From: an uncultured Chryseobacterium sp.
Lineage (GTDB): Bacteria; Bacteroidota; Bacteroidia; UBA10329
Length of the DNA: 64,000 nt
Direction: 5' to 3'
Assembly: GCA_964457245.1 (NCBI GenBank)
Contig: CAYWET010000008.1
Coordinates: 30,270 to 94,269, forward strand
Position 1 is the first letter of the stretch, and each line of letters starts with the position of its first letter. Below the pieces are notes generated by a model that saw only the letters and a list, made by a program, of their open reading frames with translations, did not search any database and was not told the DNA's origin. The translations under genes were made by a program, and so were the position numbers. This document shows positions 20,830 through 33,600 of the stretch, piece by piece.

Positions 20830-20999
20830 ATGTCCGCCTACCAACCAAAGAAAATGTCGAACCTCGTTTTATGGAATTCAAGAGACCTTTTGAGGCTCAA
20901 ATTATTACCTGACCGTAGGTGTAGTGTTCGACTGGCTTCTGTTTCTTACGACCAAGCTTTTTTGGGGCTCATTATTCATCCAATAAATTTTATCAGCTG

Positions 21000-23900
21000 A
21001 TGAACATTAGTACGTTGCTTAGTTTCAATTGTGTGCACATGAGTAAATATTTTAAAACGATACTGGTACCGCTCGTTTTAGTCCTCGTGTGTGCATCCTC
21101 AGGGTATGCTCAACCTATAGTGATCACCGAGACGGTTAATGATGCCAGTACCAATGGAGGCAGTGATGGGAGCATCACTTTGAGTGTGAGTGGCGGGGTC
21201 GCACCATATACGTATGCATGGGACCACGGGCCGACCACGCAGGATGTGAGTGGTCTTTCAGCCGGAAACTATGGAGTTACGGTGACCGATGCCAACAGCA
21301 CGACTGCCGATGAGGACTACGTGGTGGGAGAGCCGGCTTTGTTGAATGTAAGTGCTAATGTCATTCCTGAATCTGGACCTGCTATGGTCGATGGCTCAAT
21401 CAACCTTAATGTCACCGGAGGAGTTGCGCCATATACATATTCATGGGACCATGGGCCAACCACCCAGAACGTGAACGGCCTATCAGCTGGAACATACTGG
21501 GTTACGGTAACGGATATGAATAGTGAAAACGTATATACCAGTTTTACTGTGACCCAATCCGTTCCAGGTCTTTCAGTCACCGCGAACATCACTCCTGAGT
21601 CAGGCCCAGCGATGATGGACGGAGCAATAAGTCTGATGGTCAGTGGTGGAAGTGCCCCTTACAGTTACTCTTGGGATTATGATGCTGGCCAGACCACGAG
21701 TTATGTTGGTGGACTTAGTGCAGGAACATATTGGGTTACGGTGACGGATATGAATGGCGATGATGTTTACACGAGCTTCACGGTGACAGAGAACTCTTCA
21801 ATATTGACGGTTGTCGAGAACATCACCGATGAATCGGGTCCTGCCATGGCGGACGGATCGATAACCTTGAGCGTTAGCGGAGGAAGTGCGCCATATAGTT
21901 ATCAGTGGGATCACGGTCCTACCACCAGAGATGTGAATGGACTTTCTATGGGCACCTATGGTGTGACGATAACGGATATGATGTCTGAGCAGACCTACAA
22001 GAGCTATATGGTTCACTCTTCAAGTTCCGGCCTTTCGGTCACTGCGAACATTACTCCTGAGTCAGGACCGGCCATGATGGACGGGGCGATCAGTCTGATG
22101 GTCAGTGGTGGAATGTCTCCATACAGCTACTCTTGGGATTATGATGCTGGCCAGACCACGAGTTATGTTGGTGGACTTAGTGCAGGAACCTATTGGGTTA
22201 CGGTGACGGATATGAATGGCGATGATGTTTATACGAGCTTCACGGTGACCGAGAACTCCTCGATGTTGACTGTGGTCGAGAACATCACCAATGAATCGGG
22301 TCCTGCCATGGCGGACGGATCGATAACCTTGAGCGTTAGTGGAGGAAGTGCTCCGTACAGTTATCAATGGGACCACGGACCAACAACCAGAGATTTGAGT
22401 GGTTTGGCTCCAGGGGTTTATAATGTCACAATCACGGATATGGTCGGAGAACAGACTTATAAGACCTATTATATCTATACAGATTCTCCAGATCTTTCAG
22501 TCACAGCGAATATTACTCCTGAGTCGGGTCCCGCTATGATGGACGGTGCCATCAGTCTTATGGTCAGTGGAGGAAGCGCTCCTTACAGTTATTCCTGGGA
22601 TTATGATGCTGGCCAGACCACGAGTTATGTTGGTGGACTTAGTGCAGGAACCTATTGGGTTACGGTTACCGATATGAACGGAGATAATGTTTATCAGAGT
22701 TTTACAGTGACAGAAAGCTCTACGATGCTTACTGTAATAGAGAACATCACCAATGAGTCTCCAGCGATGTACGATGGGGCCATTACGTTGAGCGTAAGCG
22801 GAGGGAGTGCACCTTACAGCTATCAATGGGATCATGGACCTACCACCAGGGATGTTAGCGGATTGATGTCCGGAACCTATGGTGTGACAATAACGGATAT
22901 GATGTCTGAGAGCGTTTATCGCAGCTATTACGTAGCTGCTTCAAATCAAGGGCTAACTATAAGTGAGTCGATAACCTCTGAGTCGGGTCCAGCAATGATG
23001 GACGGAGCAATCAGTCTTATGGTCAGTGGGGGAAGTGCCCCTTACAACTTTGTTTGGGATCACGGGCCAACCACTCAAGCCGTATCTGGTTTATCTTCTG
23101 GTAGCTATGGAGTTACGGTTACCGATATGACCTCCAATAGCCAATACATGAACTATTTTGTTCCTCAATCTGGCCCACTGAACGTCAGTCTAACCTCCAA
23201 CTATTATACATGTATAGGTAATGGAAGAATCATGCTGAATATATCCGGAGGAACTCCTCCATACAATATGACGGCTCAAAACCCAGGAGGTGACATTGAA
23301 TATTTCTGGATGGACGGGGCACAATGGGTTACTGATATTTACCAGACCGGTTTGTATGAAGTGACCGTTACCGATATGGATGGTACCCAATTGGTTGAGA
23401 CCATTGACGTAATGGATTCTCCGGAATTGAGTATTGCACTTTCATCTCCTTATAACAGTGGTAGCTACAACGTGAGTTGTTCAGGTACTGAAGGGGTAAT
23501 TGATATTACAATCTCAGGAGGGGTTCCTCCCTTCAACATTTATGTTACCGGAGAGTCTGAAATGGCGAATGTTGAAGCAACAGCTGCTGCCGCTGTTGTT
23601 CATAGTGCTCCCATGACGTTTACCACCTCTGAGAGTACTTTTCAGTTGACGGGTCTGGCTGCCGATCGTTATTACGTGAATGTTACCGATGTGAGTACAT
23701 GCGGAGGGGGAATGGAGGAGATTGAGCTTACCAAACCTTCGATTGATCTGCAAGTTTCCCCAACAGTTTATCCTAATGGTTACTATTTCTCTTGCGCAGA
23801 TTGTGACGATGGTTTAGTAACACCCGAAGTATTGGGCGGAACAGGACCATATTCCTACTCGTGGTTTGCTCCGCCAACAGAGGTGATGGACATGGACATG

Positions 23901-24557
23901 AGAATTGAAGGAGCCAGTTTGTTTTCCACCGATGAGTTTTTGGATGACCAAGATTGGGATTTGACAGATCCAGAGGCTCAACAGTTCTTGGTTTCGAATG
24001 ATATGGATTTGACCGGGGCTTCTCCAGAGCAGCCTTATTTGGTTTATGTTGAAGATCAGAACGGTTGTTCATCTGTACAGTTGTTCCTTTTGGAGAGACC
24101 AAAGGATACTCAAGGAGTTTCTTCCAATTTGACTTCCTGTGAGGGTTTTGGGTCAGAATCATTGGGTCAATGGATAAGAGATACGGCCAAGGTCCATGTT
24201 TGTCCAGAGGTTCAAGTTGGAATTGGTACTGATGTTATTCCAGAAGGGTATGCGCTTGGAGTTGCTGGTAAGATAATGGCTGAAGAGGTTGAGGTAAGAC
24301 TTGCGGTCAACTGGCCAGATTATGTTTTCAAGGATGACTACAATAGAGCTTCTTTGGAAGATGTGAACGCCTTTATAAAAGAGAACGGCCACCTTCCAGA
24401 TGTACCATCAGCAGAGGAAATTGAGAGAAACGGAGTTTCATTGGGTGAAATGGACGCGATTCTGCTTCGAAAAATAGAGGAACTGACCCTGTATTTGATT
24501 GAGCTGAAAGGTGAGAATGAGGAATTGAGAAAGACAATTGAAGAATTGAATCACTAA
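21000..24557 (+). CDS. SprB-repeat protein with C-terminal tail-fibre/S74-chaperone-like coiled-coil domain
   Basis: Signal peptide (start may be ATG 21039). About 9 clear SprB units DGSITLSVSGG.APY.Y.W...GL.AG.Y.VTVTD, then degenerate ones. C-terminal WPDYVF...GHLPDVPSAEE...LLRKIEELTLYLI. Confidence 0.85.
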   Translation: MNISTLLSFNCVHMSKYFKTILVPLVLVLVCASSGYAQPIVITETVNDASTNGGSDGSITLSVSGGVAPYTYAWDHGPTTQDVSGLSAGNYGVTVTDANSTTADEDYVVGEPALLNVSANVIPESGPAMVDGSINLNVTGGVAPYTYSWDHGPTTQNVNGLSAGTYWVTVTDMNSENVYTSFTVTQSVPGLSVTANITPESGPAMMDGAISLMVSGGSAPYSYSWDYDAGQTTSYVGGLSAGTYWVTVTDMNGDDVYTSFTVTENSSILTVVENITDESGPAMADGSITLSVSGGSAPYSYQWDHGPTTRDVNGLSMGTYGVTITDMMSEQTYKSYMVHSSSSGLSVTANITPESGPAMMDGAISLMVSGGMSPYSYSWDYDAGQTTSYVGGLSAGTYWVTVTDMNGDDVYTSFTVTENSSMLTVVENITNESGPAMADGSITLSVSGGSAPYSYQWDHGPTTRDLSGLAPGVYNVTITDMVGEQTYKTYYIYTDSPDLSVTANITPESGPAMMDGAISLMVSGGSAPYSYSWDYDAGQTTSYVGGLSAGTYWVTVTDMNGDNVYQSFTVTESSTMLTVIENITNESPAMYDGAITLSVSGGSAPYSYQWDHGPTTRDVSGLMSGTYGVTITDMMSESVYRSYYVAASNQGLTISESITSESGPAMMDGAISLMVSGGSAPYNFVWDHGPTTQAVSGLSSGSYGVTVTDMTSNSQYMNYFVPQSGPLNVSLTSNYYTCIGNGRIMLNISGGTPPYNMTAQNPGGDIEYFWMDGAQWVTDIYQTGLYEVTVTDMDGTQLVETIDVMDSPELSIALSSPYNSGSYNVSCSGTEGVIDITISGGVPPFNIYVTGESEMANVEATAAAAVVHSAPMTFTTSESTFQLTGLAADRYYVNVTDVSTCGGGMEEIELTKPSIDLQVSPTVYPNGYYFSCADCDDGLVTPEVLGGTGPYSYSWFAPPTEVMDMDMRIEGASLFSTDEFLDDQDWDLTDPEAQQFLVSNDMDLTGASPEQPYLVYVEDQNGCSSVQLFLLERPKDTQGVSSNLTSCEGFGSESLGQWIRDTAKVHVCPEVQVGIGTDVIPEGYALGVAGKIMAEEVEVRLAVNWPDYVFKDDYNRASLEDVNAFIKENGHLPDVPSAEEIERNGVSLGEMDAILLRKIEELTLYLIELKGENEELRKTIEELNH
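21570..22952 (+). repeat. Three tandem 462-bp intragenic units (each = two SprB domains)
   Basis: Units begin at 21570, 22032 and 22494; an identical 56-bp block sits at 21672, 22134 and 22596. Confidence 0.9.
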
Positions 24558-24567
24558 TCGCTTCGTT

Positions 24568-26493
24568 ATGATCAATTCTCGAGCTGGAATATCTTGGTTG
24601 ACCCTATTGTTTGTTGCCTGCTGCGGGATCGGACGTGCTCAGGACACGCTTAAAAATATAAGCTCATCCACAGGTCTTGCTCAGTATTGTGGCTCTGATC
24701 ATGTTTTCGTATCCGAGAATCAGACAATTAATTACGAGGTTTTGGCAGATGCAAGAGCAATTGTAAAATCTCAGGGAGGCATTACGCTTAAGCCAGGGTT
24801 CAAGGCTGGTGAATTTTCAAATGAGGGTTTTTTTCTTGCTAAGATTGTCAACGCATGCGGTGAAATGGTTTGGACCGGTGCAGAATCCAGCGATTGGAAT
24901 GAACCAGGAAACTGGGAGTCTTATGGTGTGCCTGGTGCAAACGATGAGGTGGTTATTCAAGTATCCCCGAACGAGCCTGTTTATGATGGTGGTGGGAATG
25001 AAGTGATAAAGGCTCTTGCGATTCAAGGGAGTGATCTGGTGGTCAATTCTGATTTACAGATTGCTGAAAGTTTAGAGTTATCCTCAGGAGTAATTAATTC
25101 AGAGAATGGTATGATTAAATTGCTCGACAATAGTACGGTTACCGGTGGAGATTCGGATAGCTACGTTCAAGGCTACGTCAGTAAGTCAGGTGCGTCCAGT
25201 TTCGTTTTTCCGCTTGGCGACAAGGGTTTCTATCGGCCGCTAACGTTAGAAGAGCCTCTTGCTTCAGGTGTTTATCGTGCCAGATATCATGAAGAGAACT
25301 CTAATGACATCTATTCCCATGATTTCAAGGAAGCGGGAATTTCAGAAATCTCAACAACAGGTTATTGGGAATTTTATAAGGAAATTGGACCTGACGTTAG
25401 TTTAAGTGTGGGCTATGATCAGTTGCACAGTTGCGGTATTACTAACACCGCTGATGTTGAGGTTACGGTGTGGGATGGTGTTCAGTGGACATCCCAAGGT
25501 GTGTTGAATTTCTCAGGAAACGACTTGAGTGCGGCTATGTCTAGTGATGAGTTGTCAGCTTATGGTCCTTTGACTCTTAGTGTATCTGAACCGGCCCCGG
25601 AAATTGTTTTGAATCTGGTGGAAGATAGAAGCGTTCTTTACAGTGAAATAGTACCCCTCGGTAATTCCCCGGTGGCTGATGGAGGTCAACCTCCATATGA
25701 TTATCGTTGGACAGTCGCTGATGCTAATTGGAGTACCGCTGAAGTTCCAGAACTTCCCATATATAATAGTGGTCTTTACGAGTTGGAGGCTAGAGATAAT
25801 AAGGGATGTTTGGGTCTAGGTGCGGTAGATGTAGAGGTAAAACCAAGTCTGGTAATTGACCTTAGTCATCTTGGAAACCTACTGGAGGAAGACCAGTTGT
25901 CCTTGCACGTGGTTACCGAGCAGTTTGATGAGTATGTGGAAGGAGGAGTTGCATCATTCAATTACGACCTCAATACTTCAGAAACTGAGGTGGAGCTGAC
26001 CGTGGGTTCGGTGATGGAAGAAGGAACTACGAAGTTCAGTTTTGATATCAATCAATCGGGAGAGATTGAAAATGTTGCCTTCCACGAAGTTGATGAGTTT
26101 GGAAATGAGACAGATGTGATTCCACTGTCGGACAATTTTTACAACGGTATAGATGGAGGCGTTGAGTTTTATTTTGACGGAAGCGCTGCTGAACGGAAAA
26201 AACCATCTCAGGATATGTTCATATCCGAGTTGGTCGACTTGGAAGGCGGCATCTTAATGACACCGAATCAAGATGGTCAATTTGATGAATTTGGTGTTAA
26301 AATGGAAAATCCGCCCAGCTATTATTCATTGGTCATTGAAGACCGTAGAGGCAATGAACTCTATCAAACGAACGATTCCCAGGACAAGTGGGATGGAACG
26401 TATCAAGGTCAGTTCGTCAGACCAGGTGCTTACCATTATTCTATAGTGCTGGATTCCGAATTAATTCAAGGACAATTTTTAGTTGATTACTAG
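24568..26493 (+). CDS. Secreted protein with T9SS type B (gliding-motility-associated) C-terminal domain
   Basis: Signal peptide; ITLKPGF and WTGA.SSDW...GNW motifs; C-terminal TPNQDGQFD...IEDRRG...WDGTYQG...PGAYHY. Confidence 0.75.
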   Translation: MINSRAGISWLTLLFVACCGIGRAQDTLKNISSSTGLAQYCGSDHVFVSENQTINYEVLADARAIVKSQGGITLKPGFKAGEFSNEGFFLAKIVNACGEMVWTGAESSDWNEPGNWESYGVPGANDEVVIQVSPNEPVYDGGGNEVIKALAIQGSDLVVNSDLQIAESLELSSGVINSENGMIKLLDNSTVTGGDSDSYVQGYVSKSGASSFVFPLGDKGFYRPLTLEEPLASGVYRARYHEENSNDIYSHDFKEAGISEISTTGYWEFYKEIGPDVSLSVGYDQLHSCGITNTADVEVTVWDGVQWTSQGVLNFSGNDLSAAMSSDELSAYGPLTLSVSEPAPEIVLNLVEDRSVLYSEIVPLGNSPVADGGQPPYDYRWTVADANWSTAEVPELPIYNSGLYELEARDNKGCLGLGAVDVEVKPSLVIDLSHLGNLLEEDQLSLHVVTEQFDEYVEGGVASFNYDLNTSETEVELTVGSVMEEGTTKFSFDINQSGEIENVAFHEVDEFGNETDVIPLSDNFYNGIDGGVEFYFDGSAAERKKPSQDMFISELVDLEGGILMTPNQDGQFDEFGVKMENPPSYYSLVIEDRRGNELYQTNDSQDKWDGTYQGQFVRPGAYHYSIVLDSELIQGQFLVDY

Positions 26494-27037
26494 AAGCGTG
26501 GGGAATAAACTTTCAATAATAGCCATTGGAATAGCCATAGTTGCTGTGGTGTCTTCCATTTATGGAACAACAATAGGTTTGAGAATTGGATTTGTTGATT
26601 CTCAAAGGTTGGTGTACGAATATGATGGTACCAAGGAAATTCAGGATGAGTATAATCAAGAATCGATGCTGTTACGGGCAAACTTGGATTCTCTTAATGT
26701 GGAGTACCAATCCGCGCTTGAAACGTTTCAATCGAATGAGTCAGGATGGTCATCAGGAGTGGTTTCGGATGAAAGGCACAAACTGATTCGATTGAAGGAA
26801 GATTTGATTAGATATGAAGAATATGTTCAGGAACACACAGGTGAAAGAGAGCGGGAAATGATGACAGGGGTGCTTAATCAAATAAACTCTTTTATAACCG
26901 AGTATGGAAAGCAGAAAGGATATGATTACATATTGGGCACAACGTCTGGGGGAAGCATACTTTACGGGAAACCCTCAAATGATATTACGGATGATGTTCT
27001 CAAAGAGCTTAACCAGAAATACATCTTGGGCAATTGA
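26483..27037 (+). CDS. skp: OmpH/Skp-family periplasmic chaperone
   Basis: RIGFVDSQRL, long helical coiled coil, YGKQKGYDYILG and DITDDVLKELN. Exact start uncertain. Confidence 0.85.
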   Translation: MITRSVGNKLSIIAIGIAIVAVVSSIYGTTIGLRIGFVDSQRLVYEYDGTKEIQDEYNQESMLLRANLDSLNVEYQSALETFQSNESGWSSGVVSDERHKLIRLKEDLIRYEEYVQEHTGEREREMMTGVLNQINSFITEYGKQKGYDYILGTTSGGSILYGKPSNDITDDVLKELNQKYILGN

Positions 27038-27678
27038 TTAGGATTATCTCCATATTGATTTTCAGTTTGACAGTCTTTTCTGGCTGCGATAAACCCACGG
27101 TATTCCATTCTCTAGGAGCTTACAGGTCGTGGGTGTATTCTGAGAGCAGTGGTCTTTCTACTGTACAATCGGTTAACGGTGTTAAGGTTAAAGCAACCTA
27201 TTATCATCCAGAGTATTTGGTGCTTAGAAATTGCGTTGGTTGTGTGGAAGCGGAATTGGACTCGGCAAGAGCTAAATACGATAGTTCATTGACGTTTCTA
27301 TTGAATTTCGGTCCAAATGAGGAAGATGGTATTCATGGAGATATTATGAAGGTCGATGTAAAGAATTACAAGGAATATGCTGAAAGGTTTTTGAGACTGA
27401 ACTTCAATATGGCAGATTATGTCAGTTTAAGATATAATGATCTGACGGTACCAGTGACGATTTATAGTCTTGAAAACACTTTTGGACTAACCGATTCCAG
27501 AACAGCTTATCTGGTATTTAATGACGGTGCGCTGAGAAATGTTCTAAAGGATGCTTCTGGTGAAATTGACCTGGTATTTGATGCATATGAATTCGAATTG
27601 GGTCGTCTCAAATTTAGGTTTCCAGTAGAATCTATTTTGTCTAAGCCGTTGTTTCAACTCGATAATAAAACCTCATAA
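27034..27678 (+). CDS. Hypothetical lipoprotein
   Basis: Lipobox FSGC after a hydrophobic leader; translationally coupled within the operon. Confidence 0.7.
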   Translation: MIRIISILIFSLTVFSGCDKPTVFHSLGAYRSWVYSESSGLSTVQSVNGVKVKATYYHPEYLVLRNCVGCVEAELDSARAKYDSSLTFLLNFGPNEEDGIHGDIMKVDVKNYKEYAERFLRLNFNMADYVSLRYNDLTVPVTIYSLENTFGLTDSRTAYLVFNDGALRNVLKDASGEIDLVFDAYEFELGRLKFRFPVESILSKPLFQLDNKTS

Positions 27679-27679
27679 T

Positions 27680-30600
27680 ATGATTTTCATCTGGTTACGA
27701 AAACACAGAAGGTTCACACAGGTTATGTCGATGACTGTGGCGTTTAATTTGGTCTTCCAGTTATGCTTGCCGTCTGCGTTTGCGCTTACCGGAGGTCCTT
27801 CGCAACCCGAGTTTTCGAGTTTTGAGCCAGTTGCAACCACCAACTTGGTGAATGACTTTTCCGGTGATTTTACGTACAATCTTCCCGTCCTTCAGATTCC
27901 GGGGCCTGACGGAAGTGCATATGCAATGTCACTATCTTATCATAGTGGTGCTTCACCTAATGACGAGGCTTCTTGGGTCGGGTACGGATGGACATTGAAT
28001 CCTGGAGCCATCAACCGAAATGTGCGTGGCTTTCCTGATGACTGGAAAGGAGAGAAAATAACCTATCATCATAAGGCACCAGATAACATTACTGTAGCGT
28101 TATCTGGTGGTTTTTCGGTTGAGGCTTTCAGTATAGGTGGCTCTTGGAATGGAAGTATGCGCCTTAATAGCTATACAGGATTTGGAACATCTTCGTCTTT
28201 TGGTGTCTCGTTTGGTGGGGTAGTGAGTTTGGGTTACCACTACGGGGATGGAGATGGATCCTTCTCCCTTTCCGTAAACCCTGCAGCTGCGCTTAAATCA
28301 TTATCGAAGAAGTCAAAAGGGAAACAGAAGGATGGCAACACTGATAAGGAACCAGCAAAAACGAAGAAGCTTACGAAGGCTCAAAAGAAGACGAGGGATA
28401 AGATAACCAGTAAAACCATGGGTATTGCAAACATTTCGCTGGTTGGAGGTAATGGCCTGTTTACATATGGAAACGCGGCAAGACCATCCGTGGTTTCGCC
28501 TTATAAAGGGTTCTCAACAACTGTTAGCTTGGAATTAACAGGTACTATCGCACCTGTACAGGTTGGTCTTGGCGGGTCGGTTTCAGGACAATATAATTGG
28601 CAGAGTCAGGTAAACCCTGACAATGGTCAATTCCATACAGATGAAACGGTTTATGGTTATATGTATAGTTCGGAAGCTGAAGGAAACCGAAATGCTATCA
28701 TGGATTACACGGTTGAAAAGGAGCAAACATTCAATAAGCGTGACCTGAATCTCAGCATTCCTATCAACAATGCTGATGTTTACTCAGTGACGGGCGAGGG
28801 TCTTGCAGGGGGATTCAGGATGTTTAGCAAGGAAGCAGGAACGTTTAGACCAAATTATAAGAAGAATCTTACTATTTCTGCAGAGGTAGGGGTGGATCTT
28901 GATCTGGGTTGGAACAACGGTGGCGGAGCCTCTTTAGGAGCAAGTGGTCATAGACTTAGCGTGGAGAAGTGGGAAACGCACGGAACGCATTCGTTTTCAA
29001 ATTCCCTTGAGAAGGGCGAAAATGAAAACGTTGTATTCAGATTCAACAATGATCTAGGTGGGGTATTGGATAGGGGAGCTGGCTCTGATAACCTTCAGCG
29101 GGCATCTTTATATACAGTCAGTGGAGTTGGAGGAAGCAAGTCCTTTAAGGCTAATGTTGGAGGCATATCCAACGAAATAATTGAAGATGCCGAACATGAT
29201 CGGGTAGGTCGTGCTTCATATATCGGCTTTACATTGAATGAGGACTTGTTAGATGCTGGAACCGTACCACACACGGCAATTCGCTATAAGGCATATGATA
29301 AAGCGGCTGAGCTTGTGGATAGCGACCTTACGGCAAACCGAGAAGCCGCATCTGGTCAAATCGGGGAGTTCGCTGTAACCAATGAGACGGGGTTAACTTA
29401 TAATTATGGGCTACCGGTTTACGCAAAAAATGAGAGAGAAATATCGGTTGATGTGTTTGAGAAAACGATTCAACCAGATAGGTATATTGTAACTGGTAGC
29501 GAGAATGGAAGTAAGGCCAAAGTGGGAGAAGAAAGAAACGCACCTTATGCAAGTGCTTACCTTTTAACATCCATCACCACACCAGACTATGTTGACCGAT
29601 CTCATAATGGACCCTCATTAGATGATTTTGGGGGGTACACCAAGTTCAGTTACGAGAGGGTTCGAGGAGGAAATGGAAGTTGGTACAAGTGGAGACTGCC
29701 ATACGGGGGCATGATCTATCAACCGAATTCGTTGTCGGACCCAAAGGACGATCTTGCATCCTTCCAAGAAGGTGAAAAAGAGCTGTATTTTCTAAAGCAG
29801 GTGGAAACAAGAACCCATTATGCGAAATTCATAACCGGGGATAGGAAAGACGGTCACCAAGCGCAACCAAATGCATCTCAAGATGCTAACCCTGCAGTTT
29901 CTGGTTCAAGCGCACAAAAAAGACTTATGAGAATTGAGCTCTATGCTGGCCACCCTGACGATAATCTCCCGGATGAACTAATTAGAACTGTTCATTTCGA
30001 GTATGATTATCACCTATGCCAAGGTACTTTGAATTCGGAACCAGGTGGTTTAAACGGAGGAGGTAAGCTTTCGTTAAAACGGGTTTGGTTTGAGCATGGA
30101 GGTGTTGTTCATGCTTCGGTTGCTCCGTACGAATTCCAATACTCCTATCCGAATGTTAATTACCCTTCACCGTACAATAACACCGCTATTGATACCCATG
30201 GAAGTCAATTCACATCGATCCAGCAGAATCCAAACTATTCACCACAAGGTTTAGACGCATGGGGGAATTATCAGGTTGATGGCGAATCACGGTATCAGAA
30301 CATGCAACGTTGGGTGGATCAAACACCTCCAGCTACATTTGATCCGGCTGCTTGGCAACTGAAAGCTATAAAATTACCCTCGGGTGGTGAGATTCATGTG
30401 CAGTATGAACAGGCGGACTACTCTTATGTACAAGATCGGCCCACGCACGCCTTGGTTAGTTTAATTGCTAACCCAATTGACCTCTCAAATCCACCGGCTT
30501 TAGGGCGTAGAACGTTTAGTTTGGATGTCAGTGATGTTATTGACCCTACAGATTCAGCGTATCAAGAAAAACTGGATGTTATAGGACAGTTGATTAGACA

Positions 30601-33600
30601 GGAATACATCATTCCGAGAAAGCGGATGTTTTTCAAGTTTTTGTATCGGTTGAATGGATTTTCCAACGATGCCCCTCAGATTGACCACTGTAATGCTGAT
30701 TATATTTCTGGGTACTGTAGGGTCCGGTCAGTAAGTACAACAGGTGGACAACTTACGGTAGAACTTGGGGCAGATCAAGGAGTTTCCACATATATGTTAC
30801 CACGCCAAGTTTGTTTGGACTTTGTGGAAACGCAGAGGCAGGGTATGCTGAACTCAAACCCTCATTGCGATCCGACAGGCAATACTTCCATATTCGGTGA
30901 CCCGAACGATCCTGGGACAGGATTTGAAAACGTTTTTAACTATATGGCAAGTGAACTGCTTGGAGGATTTTCAGCGGCCATGCATTGTATAGAACTGAAT
31001 CACGAGTTGTCCTACCTCAGAATTCCGATTGTTGACAAGAAAGGAGGAGGGGTGAGAGTGAAGCGATTGTTGATGTATGATGAGGGTTTGGAGCCAATAG
31101 CAAACTCCACTGATGATGCAGGAAGAGTGCTTCTTGGAAGCGAATATATCTACAGAAAATACGATGAGTCTATTGGTGCTTGGGTTTCAAGCGGTGTTGC
31201 TACCAATGAGCCGGGAATAATAAGAGAAGAGAATCCATTGGTTACTGATCTGCCCAGAGGTCAACAATCGGCATTGGATAGAATTATTTCTGGGAAAGAC
31301 CGGGATCAAATGGAAGGGCCGATCGGAGAAAGCCTCCTCCCTGGACCATCGGTTGGATATTCTCAGGTAATTGTGCGCAATATTCATTCAGGAATCACCA
31401 ATCCAGGTTATTCGGTCAGAGAATTTTACACGGCCAAAGATTATCCGTTTGACCACGAAGAAACCGAAATCGAGAAACGCAAGGATTTTATGCCTTTAAC
31501 CCTAGGTGTTGTTAACTATATAGTTAATAACATTTGGTTAACCCAAGGCTATTTGTTCAAACTGAATCAGATGCATGGCAAGACGAAATCCTCTCGGTCT
31601 TATGCCGGAGATTATTCAAGCGTGTTTGCAAACCCAGATGAACCCAACCCAGATGCGGGAACCCTGATCAGTTATGAAGAGACAGAGTATTTCCAGCCGG
31701 AGGATCAGGTTCCAGTGTTAACCTCATTGAGAGAGCTTGTGAATCCCGAGGCTGACCTTCTGAGAATGTCTTTGGGTAGAGAAATGGATATAACCACTGA
31801 GTCTCGGGTTGTCAGAGACCTAAATGATGGTGGTAGCTTGGAGTTTGATGCTGACTTCGGGATGTTCGGTATGTTCCCGGTTCCATTTGCCTCTGTATTC
31901 CCATCCTATTCCAAAAGTACTGCCGAGATGCATCAGCATGTAACTTCTAAGGTTGTTTGGTATCCGGCAATTGAGAAGAAGAAAACCGTTATGAGAGACG
32001 GCATTGTAACCTCAACAGAGAATGTAGCTTTTGATCCGAGAACGGGTAAACCTATTGTAACCAGATCTTATGATGGACATCATGACATGACTCTTGGTAA
32101 TAGTCAAAATCCTCATCAGGGGTATTTTACCTCATATAGCGTGCCTGGTTGGCAAGAGTACACCAATCTGGATCAGAAAGCCTGGAACGAGAAAAGACGA
32201 GTGCTTTCTACCCCGAACTTGACCATTGATCTGAACATTGATAATGATAATGGACCATATCTAGATCTGGAGGGAGACGTTTGTGATGCTCTTGACAAAT
32301 TCACCATTGGTGACCAACTGGAAGTATATGATGATGCCGAGGTGTATGGGGTCTTCCATATTGAAGATATATGGGCTAATCGCATTGAGCTTGCACCGCT
32401 TTCATATGACGGAATGCAAGCAGACTGGGCGTCTCCTACATGGAACCCTCATGAGTGGAATTGGGCTTCTTTTGGTGGTGGTGTAGAAGAAGTGGATGTT
32501 CAGGTTCTGCGTAGTGGCCGAACCAACCAATTAGGCACAACCGTTGGTTCATTTACAACCTATGGCGAAAAGGAAACCCATGTTCATTTGGAAACGCTGC
32601 AGGAGGTAGATCCTTTGTATAGCCAGAAGCAACAATTTGTTGCTGAACTTAATGCGGCTTTGGTTTCTGGTGGAACCGTTGACGCCACTGGTATGGAATT
32701 GGTGGGACCCGATGGGGTTTGTTTTGAACTGCAGGAACCTATCAACGTATCTTCAGATGGAACTGAGGCTAACATACAGATGCCTGTTGTTAATGCCCCA
32801 ACTACCTCATCGAATTTTGTAGTGAACGGAACATTTGATGGGACATGCACAATTACGGAGAACCAATCCTGTATTGCAGAAAACAATGGTTACACTGAGT
32901 ATATAATTGATGGTAGTCCCAACTGTATCCCAAGTTGGGGAAATATATATGAGATTGAACCGTATTACATTGACCCTTCCGAGATTTGGGACACCACACA
33001 CTTTTTCTACTATCAGGAGGATTCACCAGACCCTAGGATCGTTCAAACCAATAATGAGAGTGTTCTTTATCTGACGGTTGACCGTATCGGTTTGGTCTAT
33101 CGCGTGTTAAATGACAGTTCAGGTATTTTCGAATATCAGAGTACAGTAGGAGTTTATCAAGACTTTCAATCACCGTTGACCAGTGGTAACTATAGCCTGA
33201 TGTTTGATTATGCTGGTGAAAACTTGAATATGCAATCTCTTTGGGTGAACCTACTTAACATTCAGGATACAACGCATTTTGAAGCCTATTCGCAAGAACA
33301 GGTTGAACATATTACCAATTCATTTTTGTATGAGGATAGTACATCAGTTTTCCAAGGAGTATTTATCATGCCTCTCATACCCCCTTACACATCTCTTTCG
33401 TGCTCTGAAAATCTTCAGTTTCAGCAGTATAGTTATCAATTCACCATTCCTCCTGCCCTGAATGGCCTACTAGATAGATTAACGTTTACAACAAATATGG
33501 ATACCTCTTCAGGTGACGGTTTCTTTATTGATAATGTGGTGTTGGTTAAAGAAGGAGAGGACGAGACTGGATGTAATTTTAATGTTTCTGCGGATGCAGA

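Noticed and set aside
21570-22952. Regularly spaced identical DNA blocks resembling a CRISPR array
   Set aside because: The period is 462 bp, the repeats are in frame within a CDS, the intervening DNA is also homologous, and no cas genes are present.
24180-24557. Tail-fibre-like domain suggesting a prophage
   Set aside because: No capsid, terminase, portal or lysis genes; this domain is common in non-phage Bacteroidetes proteins.
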